Source: Syntrophales bacterium (GTDB taxonomy: Bacteria > Desulfobacterota > Syntrophia > Syntrophales > UBA2210). From it: a stretch of DNA of 64,000 nucleotides. Shown here piece by piece: positions 52,156-61,188 of the stretch (its first letter is position 1; every line of letters begins with the position of its first letter). Location: positions 499,956 to 563,955 of the forward strand of contig CAXXKT010000003.1 in NCBI GenBank assembly GCA_963662405.2. The letters are read 5' to 3'. Under the pieces are notes generated by a model. That model did not search any database. It saw only the letters and a program-made list of their open reading frames with translations, and was not told the DNA's origin. The position numbers and the translations under genes are program-made.

Positions 52156-53212
52156 ATGGTGGAAGACAGGGAAAAGATCCGTCTGACGGAGACGGTGCAT
52201 GGTGCCGGGTGAGCCTGTAAGATAGGTCCGGGCGACCTGAATCAGGCATTATGCGGTCTTCCGCTTATATCCGATCCGAACCTGATCGCGGGAATCGAGA
52301 ATTCGGATGACGCCGGGGTCTATCGTCTGAATGATGACATGGCGATCATCCAGACCCTCGATTTTTTCACGCCCATCGTTGACGATCCGTACACCTTCGG
52401 CCAGGTGGCCGTGGCGAATTCCCTCTCCGATGTCTACGCCATGGGAGGCGTTCCGGTCACCGCGATGAATATCATCTGTTTTCCCATCAATACCATGGAG
52501 ATTTCCATTCTGAGAGAGATTCTCCTCGGGGGACTGGACAAGATGCGCGAGGCGGGTGTTCTCCTGGTCGGCGGTCACAGCGTCGAGGACAACGAATTGA
52601 AATACGGTCTTTCGGTCACCGGGGACGGTTCATCCCGATCGTGTTCTCCTCAACCGGGGTGCCCGGGCGGGAGACGTCTTGATCCTGACGAAACCCCTCG
52701 GGACGGGGATCATCAACACCGTCCTCAAGGGGAATCTGGCGAGCACCGAACTCGTTGAGAAATCCATCCGCTGTATGTCGCAGTTAAACAAGGCGGCGGC
52801 CGAACTGATGGCGACGCGTACCACGATCCATGCCTGCACCGACGTGACCGGTTTCGGCCTCATCGGTCATGCCGCCGAGATGATCGAGGGGAGCGACGTC
52901 GGCATGGTGATCCGTTCCTCAGCGGTTCCGGTCTTCCATGAGATCCGGGAATTCGTCGAGATGGGGATCATCCCGGGAGGGTTGAACCGGAACCGAAAGT
53001 ACCGGATGCCGATGGTGGATGTCCAATCTACCTGCCCGGGGTGGCTGGCCGATGTCTTCTTCGATCCCCAGACATCGGGGGGGCTCCTTATCTCTCTTGC
53101 TGCCGATGAGGCGGAGGCGCTGGTAATCGCGCTGCACGAGCAGGGAATTCCCGAGGCCGCCGTTATCGGTGAGGTTGCAGAGGCACCCGCAGGACGGATC
53201 GTTATTTCGTAG
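52156..53212 (+). CDS. selD: Selenide,water dikinase (selenophosphate synthetase), Sec-containing; one extra G at 52621-52624 as sequenced
   Basis: [17 protein letters not shown] (TGA at 52210-52212), [32 protein letters not shown]; after the +1 shift [32 protein letters not shown]; about 351 aa when corrected. Confidence 0.95.
52213..52247 (+). promoter_or_regulatory. Bacterial SECIS element of selD
   Basis: Upper stem AGGUC-CGGGC-GACCU starting 11 nt after the UGA; lower stem GCCUG/CAGGC. Confidence 0.8.
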
Positions 53213-53289
53213 TGGAAGCCTTCTTCAATCCATCGCACGGTTGCAGTGGAAGCGCCCGGAGCCTCTGCACAAAGCCATTATTGCAACCC

Positions 53290-53365
53290 ATCAACAAAAC
53301 CTATCTCCGCCACCCGTGTTATTCTGAATATGAATTTGATATAAAGCTAAGATTCAATATATAGT
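53290..53365 (+). promoter_or_regulatory. Second copy of the LysR-box promoter, before the CxCC small gene
   Basis: ATCAACAAAACCTAT (53290), TGTTAT-N7-ATGAAT (53317-53335), TTGATA (53336)-N18-TATAGT. Confidence 0.65.
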
Positions 53366-53416
53366 GCCTCATGCTATCAGATTGGCGAACACCAATGAAG
53401 AGGAGCCGACCAACCT

Positions 53417-53650
53417 ATGACCGATGATGCGTTCATACTCACTCCCGAAACATCCGTTTTGGATGTCGTATCCCGGTTCCGGCAAACTGAACGCGTTTTC
53501 AAGGAATACGACAAGATTGCCGGTGAGTGTATCTGTTGTCAGGCCCTCTTTGAACCGCTGGGAGATGTTGCACGGCGGTACGGTTTCGATCCCGATCAAC
53601 TGCTGTCCGATCTCGAAGCTGCTATCAATAACAGCAATCCCCCCTATTGA
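53417..53650 (+). CDS. Small Cys-rich protein (DUF1858 / ScdA-N-like redox domain) with a CxCC motif
   Basis: GAGGAG RBS; TPETSVLDVV...VF...ECICCQALFEPL..VA..YGFD...LLSDL. Confidence 0.75.
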   Translation: MTDDAFILTPETSVLDVVSRFRQTERVFKEYDKIAGECICCQALFEPLGDVARRYGFDPDQLLSDLEAAINNSNPPY

Positions 53651-53720
53651 TAAAGGATATTTCACCGCCAATATATATTCCTATTATGAATTTGACTTAT
53701 AGGATTAGTTGATTTAGAAA
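53646..53720 (+). promoter_or_regulatory. Third copy of the LysR-box promoter, before yedE
   Basis: ATTGATAAAGGATAT (53646), ATATAT-N7-ATGAAT (53673-53691), TTGACT (53692)-N17-TAGAAA. Confidence 0.7.
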
Positions 53721-53766
53721 AGTGTGGTTTTGCAAATCATATGCGAGTAATTGGAAAGGGGTATCT

Positions 53767-54858
53767 ATGCGAGTGAAAAATTTCTTTGCCAGTCGCTGGG
53801 GGATTATCGCCGTGGGGGTCGTGATCGGCATCCTTGCCGCCCTCCTGCAGAAACTGGGAAACCCGGGTAATATGGGGATCTGTGTGGCCTGTTTTGAGCG
53901 GGATATCGCCGGCGCCCTCGGTCTGCACCGCGCGGGGGTTGTCCAGTATATCCGTCCCGAGATTATCGGTTTTGTCCTGGGATCGCTCGGTGCCGCCTAT
54001 CTCTTCAGGGAATTTCGTCCCCGCCTCGGTTCCGCGCCTATTGTCCGTTTTGTCCTGGGTGTCTTTGCGATGATCGGGGCGCTTGTCTTTCTGGGGTGTC
54101 CCTGGCGTGCCGTGCTCCGTCTCGCCGGGGGGGACGGAAACGCCATCCTCGGTCTCCTGGGACTGATTTTCGGGATCTGGATCGGGACGCTCTTCTTCAG
54201 GAAGGGGTACAACCTGGGGCGGACCCAGGCGACGCATACGGCGGCGGGGTGGATCATGCCGCTCATCATGCTCGGCTTTCTGGCTCTTCTCCTGGCTTTC
54301 CCCCAGATTAACGGGGAGGCGAAGAGCGGTGTCCTCTTCTACAGCCTGAAGGGACCGGGAGCCATGCATGCCCCCCTCCTGATCTCTCTGGTGATCGGCC
54401 TCGCCGTTGGCTTCATCGCCCAGCGGAGCCGTTTCTGTACCATGGGGGCGATTCGTGACTTTGTCCTCTTCCGCCAGACCCATCTCCTCTTCGGGTTTAT
54501 CGCCCTGGTCGTCGCGGCCTTTGTGACGAACCTCATTGTCGGTCAGTTCCATCCCGGCTTTACGGGACAGCCCGTCGCCCATACCATGCATGTCTGGAAT
54601 TTTGCGGGGATGATGCTGGCCGGTCTGGCCTTCGCCCTCGCGGGCGGGTGTCCCGGGCGTCAACTGTTCCTTTCGGGCGAGGGTGACGGAGATGCCGCCG
54701 TCTTCGTGTTGGGAATGATCGTCGGGGCGGGATTCGCCCACAATTTCGGTCTGGCCAGTTCGCCGAAGGGGGTTGGGCCGTATGGCGTCGAGGCCGTGAT
54801 TATCGGCATGATCGTCTGTCTGTTCATCGGGTTCACGATGAGAAAACGCATTGTATAA
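53767..54858 (+). CDS. yedE: YeeE/YedE-family putative selenium transporter
   Basis: GNPGNMGICVACFERDIAGALGLH, FLGCPWR, RSRFC, GGCPGRQ; about 10 TM helices; next to selD. Confidence 0.92.
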   Translation: MRVKNFFASRWGIIAVGVVIGILAALLQKLGNPGNMGICVACFERDIAGALGLHRAGVVQYIRPEIIGFVLGSLGAAYLFREFRPRLGSAPIVRFVLGVFAMIGALVFLGCPWRAVLRLAGGDGNAILGLLGLIFGIWIGTLFFRKGYNLGRTQATHTAAGWIMPLIMLGFLALLLAFPQINGEAKSGVLFYSLKGPGAMHAPLLISLVIGLAVGFIAQRSRFCTMGAIRDFVLFRQTHLLFGFIALVVAAFVTNLIVGQFHPGFTGQPVAHTMHVWNFAGMMLAGLAFALAGGCPGRQLFLSGEGDGDAAVFVLGMIVGAGFAHNFGLASSPKGVGPYGVEAVIIGMIVCLFIGFTMRKRIV

Positions 54859-54871
54859 TAAGGAGTACGAT

Positions 54872-55090
54872 ATGAGTACACAGGTTGATGCACGGGGTCT
54901 GTCCTGTCCCCAGCCGGTCCTGATGACCATCGATACGATCAAGGCCGGGAAGGCGGACGAAATAGAGGTGTTGGTGGATACGGAGACATCAAAGGAAAAC
55001 GTTTCCCGCGCCGCCGAAAATCAGGGATGGACGGTGGCGAATGTTACAGAAAGAGATGGTGTTTTCAGCATCACGATCACCAAGGCGTAA
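54872..55090 (+). CDS. SirA/TusA/YedF-family S/Se carrier
   Basis: VDARGLSCPQPV motif; AAGGAG RBS. Confidence 0.92.
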   Translation: MSTQVDARGLSCPQPVLMTIDTIKAGKADEIEVLVDTETSKENVSRAAENQGWTVANVTERDGVFSITITKA

Positions 55091-55093
55091 GAC

Positions 55094-55651
55094 GTGTCCC
55101 TTTTCGGTATTTTCACAAGAAAGAAAGAAGAGGAATCGCCGGGGAATAACGGCAACGCCGACCGCGGGATCATGATCTTCGAGCAAACCGGCGAGGTCAT
55201 CCAGGCGGAAGACATTCTCAAGAAGGAAGGGTGGGAGGTCCGCGTTATGGGCCCTCCCCCCGAGGTCCGAAGCGGCTGCGACCTGGTCATCGAGTTTCCC
55301 CTTATTGAAGAGTTGAATATCCTCAGGACCCTTGAAGAGAAGGGTGTTATTCCTCTCCAGGTGGTTCCCGTCACGGGGTCCCTCCTGCAGCCGGTCGACC
55401 TGTTCCATGTCAAGGACTTCGGCGCCTATACCATGATCCGGGCGGCTAACATGAAACTGACCGTTGAGAAGGAAACAGGAATGATCGTGAATGTTTCAGG
55501 TGGGGGATGCCCAGATGTTCCTTACCTTGCCTGTGAGATGGTGGGTAGGTCTCTCGATACGGCCCCCAGCCCGCGTGCGATCGGTCATACCCTGTGCGGA
55601 TACGCGTTGCAGCTTGCGTACGAGGAGGCGAGACGCCGATGCTCGGAATAG
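55094..55651 (+). CDS. DUF3343-domain protein with an extra Cys-containing C-terminal domain
   Basis: F..T.EVIQAE..LK..G..VRVMGPP.EVRSGC.LVI (DUF3343 pattern); C-terminal GGGCPD...HTLCG. Confidence 0.8.
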   Translation: MSLFGIFTRKKEEESPGNNGNADRGIMIFEQTGEVIQAEDILKKEGWEVRVMGPPPEVRSGCDLVIEFPLIEELNILRTLEEKGVIPLQVVPVTGSLLQPVDLFHVKDFGAYTMIRAANMKLTVEKETGMIVNVSGGGCPDVPYLACEMVGRSLDTAPSPRAIGHTLCGYALQLAYEEARRRCSE

Positions 55652-56514
55652 CCGGAACAGTACCCCTCGAAGAGATCCCTCTCCTCGTGGGCGGAGTGGC
55701 GATGGATGGCGATTCCCTCCGTATCGAAGGGAGGTGCGTCCCCGCGGACCGGGGGACGGCGGCCCTGATCGGTGCGGCCGTGAAGACCACGGAGGTGCTC
55801 GGCACACCGCCCCCCGTTGCATATATCGCCGGTGACGTCGGACGGGGGGTGGGGAGCAGAAACCTCTACAAGCATCTGGTTGATACCTTTGTCGAATCCG
55901 CCTTTCATACCGTCACGTTTCACTACCTGCAGCCGATTGTCCACTGGCATAACCGCCTGCAACAGGTCATCCATGATATGGAGCAGAGGCCCCTCCTGAT
56001 TGCCGATGCCGGGTTCATGTACGTGGCGAAGATGAGCGGACATGCCCCGATGTATGATCTTTTCACTCCGGATATGGGTGAACTGGCATTCCTGGCGGAT
56101 GAGACGGCGCCTCATCCCTTCTACACCCGGGGGTTCATCCTCCATGATGAGAACCGGGTGCCGGATCTGATCAACCGTGCATACGAACACAACAACGCGG
56201 CTCGCCTCCTCGTGGTTAAAGGGAAAACGGATTATCTCGCCGACCGGGGGGGGATACGCTGCGAGGTGGCGAATCCTTCCGAGGAGGTGATGGAGGCGAT
56301 CGGGGGGACCGGGGATACGCTGGCCGGGATCCTCTCAGCGCTGATCTCGTCAGGGATGGAGATGGAACGGGCCGCGTCTGTTGCGATGAAGGCGAACCGT
56401 CTCGCCGGTTCCTATGCGCGGCCGACACCGGCGACACAGATTATCGATATTATCCATCACATACCGAAGGCCCTGGAAGATGTCCTCAAGGAGGAGAACG
56501 GACACTCCGGTTGA
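55639..56514 (+). CDS. Ribokinase-superfamily protein (NnrD/carbohydrate kinase-like) of unknown substrate
   Basis: IADAG, FTPDMGEL, VVKG, GGTGDTLAG anion hole; overlaps the upstream gene and has a GAGGAGG RBS. Confidence 0.82.
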   Translation: MLGIAGTVPLEEIPLLVGGVAMDGDSLRIEGRCVPADRGTAALIGAAVKTTEVLGTPPPVAYIAGDVGRGVGSRNLYKHLVDTFVESAFHTVTFHYLQPIVHWHNRLQQVIHDMEQRPLLIADAGFMYVAKMSGHAPMYDLFTPDMGELAFLADETAPHPFYTRGFILHDENRVPDLINRAYEHNNAARLLVVKGKTDYLADRGGIRCEVANPSEEVMEAIGGTGDTLAGILSALISSGMEMERAASVAMKANRLAGSYARPTPATQIIDIIHHIPKALEDVLKEENGHSG

Positions 56515-56899
56515 TCCAATCGCCTCATCCAATTGCTTTCTTTCTGATATCGGGACGATAATCCCGTTCGATAAAAAGCCTCGGAAGCCGCTCTCCACCG
56601 AACGGTGCGGAAACCGTGTTTCTCTCCTGTGTAAGCGCATCGCTGGCACGTTGGTATCGATGGGGGAGGACATCTTCCCGCCCAGGGTCGATTCATCGAA
56701 ATCGACGCAATTCCCCCGGAAATCGTACGCATAGACAAACTCAAGAATGTGCGCCCGGTAGGAACGGATTCTGCTCGGAGAAGCGATTCCCTCCCCTGTT
56801 CGCCCCCTTCAGTCGATCTCCCTTTTGGTTTTACTCGAATGACCGCACAGATCGGTTCTGTCTCGATGAAGATTTCGTGAAGAGAAGGACGGATCTGGT

Positions 56900-56914
56900 T
56901 GGCATGGAAATTGT
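56900..56914 (+). promoter_or_regulatory. Possible sigma54-like promoter (non-consensus -12)
   Basis: TGGCAT-GGAAA-TTGT upstream of the multi-PAS activator. Confidence 0.35.
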
Positions 56915-57041
56915 ATTAACTGGGCACGGGACACGTCGGGGTTGATAGTGAAGAAAGATGAATCCCGTATCTTCCGAAGAAGGGAAAAGGATCAAAAAGC
57001 GGTAACTACTGAGAGATATAGCAAGTAAGAGTCCTTTTTGA

Positions 57042-60000
57042 TTGAAAGAAAGCATGGGAACGTTACGGTCAATAGAGAAAGAAAGCGGGATACCCCCGTC
57101 AAAATCCAGTCGTCTGAATAATCATACGATCTTCGATATCCTTCGATATATAGTTGATTTTATTCCGGATGCTGTCTTTGCCGTCGATTCGATGAAGGTG
57201 ATTGTCGCTTGGAACCGGGCCATGGAACACATGACCGAGATCCCACGGGAAACGGTCATCGGCCAGGACCTGCAGACACTTGCTGAGACACTATACGGAA
57301 GACCGCGCCATACTCTCATCGATCTTCTCCTCGAAGACGATCCGAAAAATAAACAACGATATCATATCATACAAGAAGACGATTCAATTTCAGGGGAATC
57401 CTTTGTCCCCTGGGTCTATAGCGATACAGGAGCCCATTTATGGGCGAAGGCGTCTCTCTTGCGGGACATCTCGGGTTGTGTCATCGGGGCGGTTGAAACC
57501 ATTCGTGACGTAACTGAATGGAAACAGGCGAAGACCTCGCTGTGTGACAGCGAGGAAAAACACCAGAAACTGATCGCGATGTTGCGCGATGTCGTTTATA
57601 CGACGGACCGTGACGGAAAATTGACGTATCTCAGCCCAGGATTCGAGGAAGTGACCGGCTATTCCCTCGACGATGTAATCGGTCGTCCCTTTACGGATTT
57701 TTTACTCCCTCAGTATCGAGAGGAGGCACTGCGCCTGTTTAGCGGTCTCGTCAAGCGAGGTGAAACGAGTTCCTTTGATGCCGCCATAAGAGGGAAGGTT
57801 GGCAACGTTATACCGGTGGAGTTGCGGGGAGTGCCCCTCTTTGATCGTGACGGAGAGAACATCGGCAGGATTGGCATTGCACGCGATATTACGGATCGAA
57901 AACGAGCCGAAAAGGCACTGGAAGAGAGTGAGGCAAACTATCGACAACTTTTTGAGAATGCCCCTGCGGGAATATATCGGGTCGATTTCAAGACAGGGAA
58001 ATTCTTAAAGGCGAATGACGTTTTTCGGGAATACCTTTGCTGCAGCAAGGAAGAGCTGAACTCTCTGAGCCCCTACGATATACTGACGGAAGAGAGCAGG
58101 GGACTTTTCCTGGAGCGTGTGGAGAAAATGGCTCGGGGTGAAGATGTCCCCGAGATCGTAGAATATGAAATCGTCAATAAACGCGGCAGGCGATACTGGG
58201 TCCATCTGCACAGTAATAATATTTACGATGCGGAAGGGGCTGTGGTCGCTTCAGATGTCATTGCCCATGATATCACCGAACGGAAAGAGACCGAGAGGGC
58301 CCTCAGGGAGAGCGAAGAGCGCTACCGGATGATCGTCGAGAATATGCATGAGATTATCTGGACCATGGATCTGGATTTCAATTACACCTACCGCAGCCCG
58401 GCCAATATCCGCATAACCGGCTACAGCCCGGAAGAGATAACCACCCTTCCCGTGAGCGATCAGATCGTTCCGGAATCGTATGCCCTGGTGGAAAAAATCC
58501 TGGCGGAGGAACTGGAGAACGAGTTCGGACAGGGTCCCGTCGACCTTCACCGGTCGAGAACACTGGAAATAGAGGTTTACCACAAGGACGGGGGAACGGT
58601 CTGGATTGAGGTGACAGGAACATTTATCCGTGATGACGGCGGTCAGCCTGTCGAAATCCTCCTGACCGCCAGAGATATTACCGAACGCAAACGGCTCGAG
58701 GGTGAACTGGAAGAGAGTGAACGACTCTACCGGACGATCTTTGAGACAACCGGGACCGCTACGATGATCATCGAGGAAGATGCTACCATATCTCTGGTCA
58801 ACAAAGAGTTTGAGCGCCTTTCCGGATATGCCAAGGAAGAGGTCGAAGGCAAAAAACGGTGGATGGATTTCGTGTATGAACCGGATCTTGACCGGATGCT
58901 GCACGAAAATCGGAAGAGAAAGGTGAGGGATCCTTCGGTCTTTCGAAGTTACGAATTCCGAGCCCTGCACAAAGGAGGGACGATCAGAGATGCCTTATTG
59001 AATGTTTCGATGATCCCCGATTCAGGACGGATGGTTGCCTCGCTTCACGATATCACCGAGCAAAAACAGTCGGAGGTCTTGACCAGAAGCCAGCGCGATC
59101 TTGCGGAGCGGCTCAATATGCTGACGCGGTTGGACGATGTCTTGCGGACCTGCGCGGAAACGGCGATGCATATATCTTGGATGGAGTGCGGAGGCATATA
59201 CCTGGTCGATGAAGAAACGGGAGGATTGCATCTCATCTATCACGAAGGATTATCGGACGAGTTCGTCGAACAGATATCGTATTACCCTCCCGATTCTGAC
59301 AATGTCCGATTGGTCGAACAGGGCGGTCCGGTTTATTGCCGGTACGGGGATCTGGAGGCTGATCTTTCTCCGTTGGATGTGGATGAACATCTCACGTCCG
59401 TTGCCGTTGTTCCCATCCACTTCGAGGGCCGGCCCATCGCGTGCCTCAATGTCGCATCACGTACCATTGAAACGATTCCTGATTTTACACGGACCGCCCT
59501 CGAGTCGATCTCCTCGCAGGTGGGGGTAGCCGTCGCCCGGGTCAAGGCCGAAGAGGCTTCGAGGAAGAGCGAAGAGATGTTCCGCGCCCTCGCGGAAAAT
59601 TCCTCTGATGTCATAATGAGATTTGATCGCCAGTTCCGTCATCTGTACGCAAGTTCCGGAGTTGAAAAAGAAACAGGAATCCCGTCCAGGGAATTTATCG
59701 GTAAGACCCACCATGAACTCGGATTTCCCGAAGATCTGGTCAATATGGCGGAAGCGGCTATACAGAAGGTCTTCGAGACCGGGCAGCCGAACCGTGTAGA
59801 ATTCATGCTTCCCAGTGCGATATGGTTGGATTGGCTGCTGGTTCCGGAATTTGCTGGGAACGGCGGCGTCAAGGCGGTCATGACCTCATCGCGTGACATT
59901 ACCGGCAGGAAACTCAGGGAAATCCGTGAGAAGGAAGAAAAAGACCGTCTGGCGCGGGAGAACGTACATCTCAGGTCATCGATGAAGGACCGCTGGCGTT

Positions 60001-60932
60001 TCGGTGGAATCATCGGAAAGAGCGGCGTCATGCAGGAGGTGTACGACCTGATGGAGAAGGCGGCCGCCTCGGATGCGAGTGTCATTATCTATGGCGAATC
60101 CGGGACAGGCAAGGAACTGGTGGCCAGGGCCATCCATGATATGAGCGCCAGGAAAAAAGGAGAGTTTGTCCCGGTCAACTGCGGAGCAATCCCGGAAAAT
60201 CTGCTGGAGAGTGAGTTTTTTGGACACAGAAAGGGGGCGTATACCGGGGCCCATATCGATAAACACGGGTATCTGGACCTGGCAGATGGAGGGAGCCTGT
60301 TTCTTGACGAGATCGGGGAACTTGGTTTGAACATCCAGGTAAAGCTCCTCAGGGCACTCGAAGGGGGAGGGTACACTCCCCTCGGGAGCGCACGTGAAAA
60401 ACATTCTGATTTTCGTATTATCGCCGCAACGAACAGGGATCTCGCCGATCATGTCAAGCGGGGAGTCATGAGGGAGGATTTTTTCTACCGGATACACATC
60501 GTGCCGATCACCCTCCCCCCCCTCAGAGACCGCCGAGAAGACATTCCTCTCCTTATTGAACATTTTTTGAAACAAAACGCTTCGGAAAACGGAACGATTA
60601 AACTGTCCGGCAAGGCAATGGAAACCCTGTACTACCATGACTGGCCGGGTAATGTCAGGGAGTTGCAGAACGTCCTTCATCGATATCTGACGATCCGGAG
60701 TCTCGATTTCATGTCTCCCTCCTCCAATCGCTCACCGATCGTTACGGGACCTGGGTGGGACGACGGGGATGATGCCGATATCGATCTGGCGACCGCCCTT
60801 GAGAGGCACGAAAAAGAGATTATTGTACGGGTGCTTGAAGCGAAGAAATGGCATCGCATAAGGGCGGCGGAGGCCTTGGGAATCTCCCGGCATACCCTTT
60901 TCCGTAAGATGAAAAATTATGAATTACTCTAG
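57042..60932 (+). CDS. Sigma54-dependent activator with 5 PAS - GAF - PAS - AAA+ - Fis HTH
   Basis: Six PAS/PAC units ending RDxT/HDIT, a GAF segment, GESGTGKE, NCGAIPENLLESEFFGH..GAYTGA, WPGNVREL, AAEALGISR. Confidence 0.92.
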   Translation: MKESMGTLRSIEKESGIPPSKSSRLNNHTIFDILRYIVDFIPDAVFAVDSMKVIVAWNRAMEHMTEIPRETVIGQDLQTLAETLYGRPRHTLIDLLLEDDPKNKQRYHIIQEDDSISGESFVPWVYSDTGAHLWAKASLLRDISGCVIGAVETIRDVTEWKQAKTSLCDSEEKHQKLIAMLRDVVYTTDRDGKLTYLSPGFEEVTGYSLDDVIGRPFTDFLLPQYREEALRLFSGLVKRGETSSFDAAIRGKVGNVIPVELRGVPLFDRDGENIGRIGIARDITDRKRAEKALEESEANYRQLFENAPAGIYRVDFKTGKFLKANDVFREYLCCSKEELNSLSPYDILTEESRGLFLERVEKMARGEDVPEIVEYEIVNKRGRRYWVHLHSNNIYDAEGAVVASDVIAHDITERKETERALRESEERYRMIVENMHEIIWTMDLDFNYTYRSPANIRITGYSPEEITTLPVSDQIVPESYALVEKILAEELENEFGQGPVDLHRSRTLEIEVYHKDGGTVWIEVTGTFIRDDGGQPVEILLTARDITERKRLEGELEESERLYRTIFETTGTATMIIEEDATISLVNKEFERLSGYAKEEVEGKKRWMDFVYEPDLDRMLHENRKRKVRDPSVFRSYEFRALHKGGTIRDALLNVSMIPDSGRMVASLHDITEQKQSEVLTRSQRDLAERLNMLTRLDDVLRTCAETAMHISWMECGGIYLVDEETGGLHLIYHEGLSDEFVEQISYYPPDSDNVRLVEQGGPVYCRYGDLEADLSPLDVDEHLTSVAVVPIHFEGRPIACLNVASRTIETIPDFTRTALESISSQVGVAVARVKAEEASRKSEEMFRALAENSSDVIMRFDRQFRHLYASSGVEKETGIPSREFIGKTHHELGFPEDLVNMAEAAIQKVFETGQPNRVEFMLPSAIWLDWLLVPEFAGNGGVKAVMTSSRDITGRKLREIREKEEKDRLARENVHLRSSMKDRWRFGGIIGKSGVMQEVYDLMEKAAASDASVIIYGESGTGKELVARAIHDMSARKKGEFVPVNCGAIPENLLESEFFGHRKGAYTGAHIDKHGYLDLADGGSLFLDEIGELGLNIQVKLLRALEGGGYTPLGSAREKHSDFRIIAATNRDLADHVKRGVMREDFFYRIHIVPITLPPLRDRREDIPLLIEHFLKQNASENGTIKLSGKAMETLYYHDWPGNVRELQNVLHRYLTIRSLDFMSPSSNRSPIVTGPGWDDGDDADIDLATALERHEKEIIVRVLEAKKWHRIRAAEALGISRHTLFRKMKNYELL

Positions 60933-60940
60933 CACCAGAA

Positions 60941-60958
60941 TGTATCATTTCTGCAACA
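60941..60958. promoter_or_regulatory. Candidate bEBP upstream activating sequence
   Basis: TGTATCATTTCTGCAACA (TGT-N12-ACA dyad), about 160 bp upstream of a sigma54 promoter. Confidence 0.55.
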
Positions 60959-61115
60959 CCTCAAAGATTTGAATAGTTTCATATTGTTAAACAATGTTTC
61001 TCCCCTGTCGTGTCACAGGTATGATCCATCCGGTTCATTTCGTTATCGGGCCGATCAGAACGAAAACCAATAATTGTCCATATATTTCGGACGGATACAC
61101 GCCTTTGGGTGCGTG

Positions 61116-61130
61116 TGGCACACCCTTTGC
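61116..61130 (+). promoter_or_regulatory. Sigma54 promoter of the RR-MCP-cheW operon
   Basis: Consensus TGGCAC-ACCCT-TTGC. Confidence 0.8.
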
Positions 61131-61188
61131 CACATCCTCCCCGTGTAAAGCTCTGATTGAGCAGCGCATGAAAGGAAGATGAAGCTCG

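Noticed and set aside
56749..56760. GTGCGCCCGG, resembling a group II intron 5' end
   Set aside because: No domain V/VI or reverse transcriptase ORF visible nearby.
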